From NCBI GenBank assembly GCA_947588935.1, contig CANQAU010000002.1:1-41878 (forward strand): 41,878 nucleotides of DNA. Reading direction: 5' to 3'. Shown here piece after piece: positions 34,955 to 41,878 of this stretch (positions are counted from its first letter, which is position 1; each line of letters opens with the position of its first letter). Origin of the DNA: an uncultured Bacilli bacterium (GTDB lineage: Bacteria; Bacillota_I; Bacilli_A; RF39; UBA660). Made by a program: the position numbers and the translations under genes. The notes under the pieces are model-generated. The model ran no database searches. It saw only the letters and a program-made list of their open reading frames with translations, and had not been told where the DNA came from.

Positions 34955-37666
34955 TTATTTTAGCACATCTTCTTCTTTTTGTATAGTTTGCTCCCGTTTT
35001 TTTCTTGGACTTATAATCTTTATATATTGTTTGATTTTGAATTGTTGTTCCATTAAGAGTCTTTGTTTCCAATATTCTAATACTTCTCTTTCGGTATTCT
35101 TGATGAGATAGTGATAGTGTTTACTTTGTTTTAAATATTCATATCCTTTTTGGCTATTTTGAATGATCTCTTCTAAAATATTGGGTATTTGATTTCCAAA
35201 CAATAATAAGTTTTCCGCAAAAATCTGATAAATTTGTTCTTCTTCTACTGAATAAGTGGACGCTAGTTCTTTGGCACTTCTTTGTCTTCTTCTTTCCTTT
35301 ATTAATACGAGCTTTCTTTTCTCCATTGTTAAACTTTCTTTTAATAACTCTTTGAGTGATTCTTCTTTCGTATTTCGTTTTAAATAACTGATGGCATTAT
35401 AATAAATTTTTCTTTCTTCTTCCGTTAACGTATTCCATTCTAACAATGATTTTCCAGCTCTTTTATAAATTACTTGATAATATTGTGGATGAGTGTCTTG
35501 ACAAGCATCGATGAGGCTAACTAATTTTTCGTGACTTACTTTTGGAAATTGGTTTTCAATCGAGAACGTTGGATACAAAATTCTTTTTAGTTTTAATTTT
35601 GCTTGGGAATACCGAATTCCTTCTTGGGTGGTTAATGGATTTCTTTCAATTAGTTTTGGTCCATGACATTGGATGATGATATCATAATCAACTTGATTGA
35701 TGGTTTTTAATTTTTCCACTGCTTTTTTGACTTCTGCAATGGTCTTATCTGGATAATACGAATATAGAGTTTGAGTGGTTGGAATTAAAAATTTTTGAAG
35801 CAGTTTGATTGCTTGGACATATTTTTTTTCATCAACGAGACACCTGTTGTCATCCTCTAGCATTTCACCATTTTTTTGAACTACTATCTCATACAGTTCT
35901 GGTCTTACCCGTTTTAGTCTTTTCATGATTTTGATTCTTTTGGCTTTACTGGTTAGTTGAAAAACTTCTTTTCCATTTATTTGGTCTTTTTCTTTTTTTC
36001 TTTTTGGATTTAAAAGTTGTTTCATTTTCTTAATGGCTTGATGATATAATTCGTCTTCTTGTTGTTCTTTGGATAAATTGTGCCACTCTACCTGCGTCTT
36101 TCCATGTCGTTTGATGAGGATGTCTATATATTGTGGATTTTCTTCTTTTAAAATGTTGAGGGCTTGATTTATTTTTTCTTTGTCATCACATTCGACCATT
36201 TTTTGAAGTGTTCTTTTATTTTTTAAAATCATTCGCATCTGTTTGATGACTTCTTGTAATTTCTTCTTTTCTTCTTTGGTTAACTCTTGGCAATTTATGA
36301 GTGTTTCTGTATAAGCTTTTTGAATGATTTCATAAGCTGGTGGATCGGATTTTAGGACGTTTACTAAATGATCAACGGTTGACTTTTCTTCGCCTTCAAA
36401 AAATTCGTAAATCGTTTTATGGCGCAAGGTGGCTTCTTTTCTTTTTTTGACCATTAATTTTCCTTCTTCTACAATGGTCGCAGCGTTTTTTTGGACTTTG
36501 ATGATCATCTGTCTTAATTTTTTTATCGCATCTTCATATGTTTTTGTTTCTTCTTTGGATAATTGATGCCATTCTAATAGAGATTGTCCATGACATTTGA
36601 TGATGATTTGGTAAAACATTGGATATTCATATTGAAAGGTTTCAAATACTTTTCGGACGGTTGTATTTTCCGTTTTGAAAAATCGATGATATAAGGTATA
36701 TTTTTCTTTTCGTTGTTCTTTTAGATATTGTAACCAATTTTGACCGTCAATGAAAATATCTAAGAGATTGGTTTGTTCATCATATGGAACTATGCCTAAA
36801 AATTGGAGCATTCTTCCATATTGTTCTCCTTCTTTTTTGGATAAAATTTCTAATTCTTTTTGAATCATATCTTCTGTAAAATCAATTGAATGATATACTT
36901 TTTTTTGTAAATATTTTAAAGCATTTTCTGGATACATGGTGGTGGTTATGCGAATGAGTTCCTGACTAAATTCAAAGTTACTTTTGTACATTCTTTTTAA
37001 CATAAAGTAATATCTTTTTGCCCAGTCCATACGTTTTTCGATTTCTTGATATTCTTCGGTATTGGGACTGGTACTTTTTTGAAGTATTTGTTTTTCTTCT
37101 AGTGTAAAGGTACACATGATGCTTTGAAAAACGAGCAGCCAATCTTTATATTTTTGAGCAGTATACTTTTCAAAAAAAGTAACTTCTTTTTTTGGAGGAG
37201 TGAACGAACTTTTCTTTTTTGGTTCTTCTTTTTTCACTCTTTGATCTAGTAAATATTTGCGATACATTTTTTCCAATTGGGTATCGATGCCAATGTCTTT
37301 TGGACGATTTATATATAAAAAGGTGGCAATTCGGATAAAAACTATTCGATCTTTTTCATTTTCTTCTTTATGAAAGTCGCGCATGATGTTGTGATATAAA
37401 TTTTCTCTTGGCAAGATGATTTTTTTATATGTTTTTGAATCCGGATTTTCGAAAATGGTTTTGATGTAGCATTCTACAACATAGCCAATGACAAATTTTT
37501 CTTGTTCTTCTTCGGTTTTGGTAATGAGTTGTTTTCCATATTGTTTTAAAAGATGTTTTGTCATTCTTTCTTTGACGGGATCTGCGATTTTTATGCGATT
37601 TAGTTGTTCGTTATTTAATCTTTCGAAAACACTTTGAATTTTTGCTTGTAGTTGTTCTGTGTTCAT
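34955..37666 (-). CDS. large cytoplasmic protein with tandem sigma-70 region-4-like helix-turn-helix modules
   Basis: Start moved to the ATG at 37666 (MNTEQLQ...; SD TGGGGGAAAA). The track start is a GTG. No TM or signal peptide. At least 6 modules of approx 65-75 aa of the type T(I/L)Y.(F/Y)F...(15-20)...P.YY.II.K.HG..L.EW..L(S/T).EE...Y..AI.KLK..L. Confidence 0.7.
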   Translation of the reverse strand: MNTEQLQAKIQSVFERLNNEQLNRIKIADPVKERMTKHLLKQYGKQLITKTEEEQEKFVIGYVVECYIKTIFENPDSKTYKKIILPRENLYHNIMRDFHKEENEKDRIVFIRIATFLYINRPKDIGIDTQLEKMYRKYLLDQRVKKEEPKKKSSFTPPKKEVTFFEKYTAQKYKDWLLVFQSIMCTFTLEEKQILQKSTSPNTEEYQEIEKRMDWAKRYYFMLKRMYKSNFEFSQELIRITTTMYPENALKYLQKKVYHSIDFTEDMIQKELEILSKKEGEQYGRMLQFLGIVPYDEQTNLLDIFIDGQNWLQYLKEQRKEKYTLYHRFFKTENTTVRKVFETFQYEYPMFYQIIIKCHGQSLLEWHQLSKEETKTYEDAIKKLRQMIIKVQKNAATIVEEGKLMVKKRKEATLRHKTIYEFFEGEEKSTVDHLVNVLKSDPPAYEIIQKAYTETLINCQELTKEEKKKLQEVIKQMRMILKNKRTLQKMVECDDKEKINQALNILKEENPQYIDILIKRHGKTQVEWHNLSKEQQEDELYHQAIKKMKQLLNPKRKKEKDQINGKEVFQLTSKAKRIKIMKRLKRVRPELYEIVVQKNGEMLEDDNRCLVDEKKYVQAIKLLQKFLIPTTQTLYSYYPDKTIAEVKKAVEKLKTINQVDYDIIIQCHGPKLIERNPLTTQEGIRYSQAKLKLKRILYPTFSIENQFPKVSHEKLVSLIDACQDTHPQYYQVIYKRAGKSLLEWNTLTEEERKIYYNAISYLKRNTKEESLKELLKESLTMEKRKLVLIKERRRQRSAKELASTYSVEEEQIYQIFAENLLLFGNQIPNILEEIIQNSQKGYEYLKQSKHYHYLIKNTEREVLEYWKQRLLMEQQFKIKQYIKIISPRKKREQTIQKEEDVLK
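35375..36700 (-). repeat. six tandem protein-level repeats (approx 65-75 aa each) inside the 903-aa gene
   Basis: Module cores: MFYQIIIKCHGQSLLEWHQLSKEETKTYEDAIKKLRQMI; AYEIIQKAYTETLINCQELTKEEKKKLQEVIKQMRMIL; QYIDILIKRHGKTQVEWHNLSKEQQEDELYHQAIKKMKQLL; ELYEIVVQKNGEMLEDDNRCLVDEKKYVQAIKLLQKFL; DYDIIIQCHGPKLIERNPLTTQEGIRYSQAKLKLKRIL; QYYQVIYKRAGKSLLEWNTLTEEERKIYYNAISYLKRN. Confidence 0.75.
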
Positions 37667-37760
37667 TTGCTTTTCCCCCAACACTCAAATTTGAATTTAT
37701 TATAACACTTTTTTTCTTTTTTCTTACTCTTTTTTCTTTCAATGGTATGGGTTGTTTCAT

Positions 37761-37789
37761 TTGACTTTTGGGGGTTTTTATTATATAAT
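37761..37789 (+). promoter_or_regulatory. consensus sigma-A promoter of the 636-aa gene
   Basis: TTGACT (37761-37766), a 17-nt spacer, then TATAAT (37784-37789). SD AAGGGGGGAAA precedes the ATG at 37835. Confidence 0.7.
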
Positions 37790-37834
37790 TTTAGTACTTT
37801 TATTATATGTATTACATCAATTTAAGGGGGGAAA

Positions 37835-39745
37835 ATGAATATGTATGATGAAAAACTACCAAAAAAAGAGAAAAAAGAGACGGTTGTAAAAGAAAAACGA
37901 AGTTTTAAAAAGAAGATTACTCTTCCAACTGTTCATTTTGATGCAAAATCAGCATTGAAGAAAATTGGCATTTTGGCTGTAGTTGTTTTTGCGTTTATTT
38001 TTATTACTACCAAAATTAGTCAGGGATCTGAAAAAAAGGTATTTGAAAAAAACTTAGAGTCTTTACGCAGTGCTGCTTATCGCTATTTTAAAGAAAATGA
38101 ACGTCCTACAGAAAAAGATGAAGAAATGCAAGTTACCTTGCAAGAGTTAATCGATGAAGATTATGCAGATAACCTTCAAGATAAAAAAGGGAATGTCTGT
38201 GATCCAGAAGAAAGTAATATTACCATTATTAAAAATACTTCTACCAAATATGATTTAGTTGCTCATTTAAATTGCGGAGAAAAAGAAAAAGAAAAAACTT
38301 ATCAACTTACTTATACAAAGACCAAAGATGATGAAGAAGATGATGCGACGGAAGAAAATGGAAGTACCACTTATTATAAAATGCAAAAACCAGTGAATGC
38401 TTCTCATTTGACTTATAGTTGTCCAAGTGGTTATATCCTTTCTGGAACTTATTGTTATCAAAATGCTACTACTTTGACAGCTACTCCGACGGCTAAATAT
38501 AAAACTACTCAACAAAAAATTACAAAAGCAAGTTATAAAAGTGCTCAGGATGAATATGAATATGTCGATGCTATTTTGGTGCCTGGACAAAGTCATTATA
38601 CTTGTAGTGATAAAGATGCTACGTTGGTTGGAGATCAATGTATTATTCAAAAGCCGGCGGTGATGAAAACGGAATCCAATTATACTTGTAGTGAAGGAGA
38701 ACTTGATGGAACGAAATGTGTGATTTCTGTTCCTGCTATTCGAAAAGATTATCGTTATACCTGCCCTTCTGGAACGTTGATTGGGGATCAATGTGAAATT
38801 ACACGCGATTATTATGCATCATATGAATGTCCAAGTGATTATCCACATCGAGATGGAGATCGTTGCTATTATACTTCTCGCGCTGAACGAGATTGGGGAG
38901 ATTGGCATAAAACTTCTCGAAAGACTTATACGAAAGAAATGGATAATAAAAATACCGATTCTAAAAAATATGAATTGGTCGATACTTACGATGGAAAAAA
39001 TAGAAAAACCAACTATGTTTATGTCGTTTATACCCGTCAGAAAGAAAATATATGCTACGATATTTCTGGTGAGAATGTCGTTTTAAAAGGTTCGAAATGT
39101 TATCATTATATTTCTGCTTATGAAGATAAAGATTGTCCTTATGGATATGATTTAAATGAAGAAGAAAATCGATGTGTGAAATATGTTGCTGCCAAAGAAA
39201 CTTCTTCTAAAATTCATTATGAATGCCCAAGTGAGGAATATGACAAACGTGGTAGTGGTGAAAATACAACTTGTGTGTTAAAGAAAAATGCACAGAAAGT
39301 GGAGACATCGACGCCGAAATGTTCGAGTGGATATAATGCTGTAGCGAATACGGATGGTACGTATTCTTGTGTAAAAACCTTGGATGCGAAACTCGTAACG
39401 GAGGAAGATGATTATATTTGTCCAACGGGTTATACTAAAAAGGGTACTGGAAAGAATACCAAATGTTATTTAAAAACAGAAAAAGAAGGATATTATTATT
39501 GTAAAAATACAGAGGCTCGTTTAGAGGGTCAAAATTGTATTGTAGATGCCAAAACCGAATTTATTGGATATACTTGTCCAAGTGGATATGATTTGAATGG
39601 AGAACAGTGTATTAAAGTCATCTCTGGAACCAAGAAAAAGGCTACGAGTACGAAAGTTGCAGATTTGGAATATACGTATAAATGGAGTACGAAAAAAGAA
39701 GTCGCTGGTGGTTGGACTTGGACAGGAGAAACCAAACAAGCTTAA
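37835..39745 (+). CDS. membrane-anchored extracytoplasmic protein with 12 Cys-pair repeats
   Basis: 636 aa. Lys-rich N-terminus, one TM (IGILAVVVFAFIFITT), a membrane-proximal approx 100-aa domain with one Cys pair, then 12 units such as YSCPSGYILSGTYCY, YTCPSGTLIGDQCE, YICPTGYTKKGTGKNTKCY and YTCPSGYDLNGEQCI. Confidence 0.8.
   Translation: MNMYDEKLPKKEKKETVVKEKRSFKKKITLPTVHFDAKSALKKIGILAVVVFAFIFITTKISQGSEKKVFEKNLESLRSAAYRYFKENERPTEKDEEMQVTLQELIDEDYADNLQDKKGNVCDPEESNITIIKNTSTKYDLVAHLNCGEKEKEKTYQLTYTKTKDDEEDDATEENGSTTYYKMQKPVNASHLTYSCPSGYILSGTYCYQNATTLTATPTAKYKTTQQKITKASYKSAQDEYEYVDAILVPGQSHYTCSDKDATLVGDQCIIQKPAVMKTESNYTCSEGELDGTKCVISVPAIRKDYRYTCPSGTLIGDQCEITRDYYASYECPSDYPHRDGDRCYYTSRAERDWGDWHKTSRKTYTKEMDNKNTDSKKYELVDTYDGKNRKTNYVYVVYTRQKENICYDISGENVVLKGSKCYHYISAYEDKDCPYGYDLNEEENRCVKYVAAKETSSKIHYECPSEEYDKRGSGENTTCVLKKNAQKVETSTPKCSSGYNAVANTDGTYSCVKTLDAKLVTEEDDYICPTGYTKKGTGKNTKCYLKTEKEGYYYCKNTEARLEGQNCIVDAKTEFIGYTCPSGYDLNGEQCIKVISGTKKKATSTKVADLEYTYKWSTKKEVAGGWTWTGETKQA
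38411..39613 (+). repeat. 12 divergent protein-level repeats (Y-x-C-P-x-G-Y-x-L-x-G-x-x-C hairpin units)
   Basis: Cys pairs at residues 196/207, 256/269, 284/295, 310/320, 332/344, 407/422, 434/447, 464/480, 496/512, 529/544, 556/568 and 581/592 (C-x9-15-C). Each is usually preceded by an aromatic residue two positions before the first Cys. Confidence 0.8.
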
Positions 39746-39778
39746 AAAAAACTTTTCCAAAACGGAAAAGCTTTTTTT
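39744..39778. terminator. bidirectional intrinsic terminator between the convergent 636-aa gene and pheT
   Basis: aaaaaaaa - cttttcc (39752-39758) - aaaac - ggaaaag (39764-39770) - cttttttt. Confidence 0.75.
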
Positions 39779-41878
39779 ATTCGATAATTTCTAATCCATG
39801 ATTGCGAATGTGTGTAATAAATTTTGTTTTGAAGTCATTTAATTCGGAACCATCTAACGTTTTATCATCGCTTCCTACTAGATAACGAATGGTAAATTTC
39901 TTTTCATAATGGTCTTCATATGTATCTACAAGAGATACCTTTTGAATAATTGGACTTTGAAATTCTTTTAAGATCTTTTCTAGTACTTCGTATTTATCTT
40001 CTAAACCAGCGATAATGGTATAATCTAGTTCGACGGTTGGGTATTTACTTGCTGGAACAAATTCTTTTGTTTGCCGAGATAGTTGATGATATTGATCAAA
40101 ATCAATTTCTACGCAAACGACACTTTTTTTCTTTCCAACGTAATTGGCAATTTTACTTTTTAAAATTCCTAATGTTCCCATTGGTTGTTGATCGATGTAG
40201 ATTGTTTTTGAAAATTCTGGATTGTAATAATCAAATTCTACTCCTGATTCATAAGTGACTTGTCGTCCTTTTAAGGATGCAAATAGATGGCTGATGATTT
40301 CTTTTGCTGCATAGTAGTTTTCTTCGATTTTATTTTCTTCTGATGCTAAAACAATACTTAAATGGCGATGATTTTCTCCATTTTTAATGACCGTACCAAT
40401 TTCAAAAATATTGCATTCACGCATGTTTCTTAAGTTATTTCGGACAATACTTTGAAGAGATAAGCTTAAATCGTCACGCAAAATATTATTTTCTGATTTT
40501 TCTAGTAATTTTACTCCCTCTTTGATGATTCCCATTTTATTTAACATACTGCTTTCATACCATAAATAAGAGTTTACTTCATTTAGATTGTATGCGGTTG
40601 CTAAAAATCTTTTGACGGTGTACTCTTCATCCCACATATTTTCATGTTCGTGGAAAGTTAAATCTAATTTCAATGGTTTCATTTCAAAGTTTTCATATCC
40701 ATACATTCTTGCTAATTCTTCGATGATATCGGCATTCATGGTAATATCTTTGGTTGCTCGAAAGGTTGGAACGGTAATGATATACTTTTCTTTTTCTTCT
40801 TTGACTTGAAAACCAAGAGAAGTTAATATTTCATGCACTTTTTCACTTGGAAGGGAAAAACTCATATAGGTATCTAAAAATGATTTTTCGAGTTCTACTA
40901 TTTTTTCTTCCAGAGGATTTGGATAAATGTCTGTGAGATTGGAAGTAATTTCCATTTCATGATTTTCATTTTGTAATAAATAAAGGAAACGTTTTAAAGC
41001 GGTTAAGGCCATATTTGGATCTAGGCTTTTTTCATATCTTGCACTGGCTTCTGTACGAAGACCTAATGCCGTGGCCGATTTGCGAATGTTCGTAGAATCA
41101 AAATTGGCACTTTCAATAAAAATGGCTGAGGTGTCCTTTAATATTTCACTATCTAAGCCACCCATAATTCCAGCTATTCCAAAATATTTTTTTCCATTTT
41201 CTATCATAAGAATCTCTTTGTTTAATTTTCTTTCGATTCCATCTAGGGTTTGATAGGTACTTCCTTCTTTGGCATGATCGACGACAATATTTTTTACGAC
41301 GCGATTGTCAAAGGCATGCATCGGTGTTCCCAGTTCTAACATGACGAAATTGGTTAAGTCTACAAAGAGGGAAATGCTTCTCATTCCGGCATAATATAAG
41401 AATATTTGCATCTCATATGGCGTTTGATTGTTTTTTAAATTTTCCACACGAATGGCACAGTAACGATTGCAATTTTTCGTGTCTTTAATGACTACATCTA
41501 AATCTTCTCGATTATTTTGAGGTTCTAGAAGTTCTAGAGGTAATAATTCATGTTTGGTAATGGCTGCAATTTCTCTGGCAATTCCATAGTGTCCCCATAA
41601 ATCTGGACGGTTGGTTAATGATTTATTATCGATTTCAATAATGATGTCTTCTACCGGTAGGTATTCTTTTAAATCCATTCCAAGTGGAGCATCTTCGGGT
41701 AATTCCATGATTCCTTCATGACTTGCTCCAATTCCTAGTTCATCCATTGCACAAAGCATTCCTTGACTTAGAACACCGGCAATTTTTTTCTCTGTAATGG
41801 TAAATCCAGAAACCATTCCGCCGACTTTGACAAGTGGAGATTTTAAACCAACACGAACGTTTGGTGCTCCACATAGAA
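39777..41878 (-). CDS. pheT: phenylalanine--tRNA ligase beta subunit, lacking its N-terminal part (5' end beyond the right edge)
   Basis: The frame stays open upstream of the track Met to the window edge (...CGAPNVRVGLKSPLVKVGGMVSGFTI...), which corresponds to the tRNA-binding domain. It is followed by B3_4 (NRPDLWGHYGIAREIAA), B5 and C-terminal FDX-ACB-like regions. Confidence 0.9.
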   Translation of the reverse strand, partial: LCGAPNVRVGLKSPLVKVGGMVSGFTITEKKIAGVLSQGMLCAMDELGIGASHEGIMELPEDAPLGMDLKEYLPVEDIIIEIDNKSLTNRPDLWGHYGIAREIAAITKHELLPLELLEPQNNREDLDVVIKDTKNCNRYCAIRVENLKNNQTPYEMQIFLYYAGMRSISLFVDLTNFVMLELGTPMHAFDNRVVKNIVVDHAKEGSTYQTLDGIERKLNKEILMIENGKKYFGIAGIMGGLDSEILKDTSAIFIESANFDSTNIRKSATALGLRTEASARYEKSLDPNMALTALKRFLYLLQNENHEMEITSNLTDIYPNPLEEKIVELEKSFLDTYMSFSLPSEKVHEILTSLGFQVKEEKEKYIITVPTFRATKDITMNADIIEELARMYGYENFEMKPLKLDLTFHEHENMWDEEYTVKRFLATAYNLNEVNSYLWYESSMLNKMGIIKEGVKLLEKSENNILRDDLSLSLQSIVRNNLRNMRECNIFEIGTVIKNGENHRHLSIVLASEENKIEENYYAAKEIISHLFASLKGRQVTYESGVEFDYYNPEFSKTIYIDQQPMGTLGILKSKIANYVGKKKSVVCVEIDFDQYHQLSRQTKEFVPASKYPTVELDYTIIAGLEDKYEVLEKILKEFQSPIIQKVSLVDTYEDHYEKKFTIRYLVGSDDKTLDGSELNDFKTKFITHIRNHGLEIIE

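Overview
This is a low-GC (about 30%) chromosomal window that looks Firmicutes/Erysipelotrichia-like. It uses the standard genetic code, and almost all genes are on the minus strand. Housekeeping genes are clear: asnB (5' part), ltaS-type LTA synthase, tex, trxB, lgt, uvrA, an SDR, a CBS-domain family II pyrophosphatase, uvrB and pheT (3' part). There is also a stand-alone tRNA-Cys(GCA) and a tmRNA (ssrA); neither is visible in the ORF track. Accessory material lies between these genes. (1) The most interesting region is 19.1-27.4 kb. An archaeal/ER-type signal peptidase I (SipW-like) with a long Lys-rich tail sits next to four tandem paralogous about 230-aa secreted proteins. These have an almost invariant N-terminus (MERKNTILLTVIAIATLLVAVVGATFAYFTAT), a conserved C-terminal strand and hypervariable cores. 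The same region encodes a 533-aa protein that fuses the same kind of signal, about 26 Asp-rich thrombospondin-type-3-like Ca-binding repeats and a TasA-like C-terminal domain, plus a sixth small family member. Two more family members lie at 4.8-5.9 kb. I read this as an expanded, SipW-dependent TasA/camelysin-like fibre or matrix system with an architecture I do not recognise as described. (2) At 34.2-34.5 kb there is a small structured transcript. It encodes a 25-aa hydrophobic peptide, and its 5' end is complementary to its 3' end, which resembles a type I toxin mRNA. It lies next to ssrA. (3) A divergent pair encodes a 903-aa protein with at least 6 tandem sigma-70-region-4-like HTH modules and a 636-aa membrane-anchored protein with 12 Cys-pair (YxCPxGYxLxGxxC) repeats. 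(4) A five-gene envelope operon encodes a PH-like protein, an anchored protein, a LysM x3 protein, a polytopic protein, and an ABC ATPase with a degenerate signature motif fused to an FtsX-like permease. I recognised no transposase, integrase, CRISPR array or rRNA. All functional calls come from motif recognition by eye; no database searches were run.
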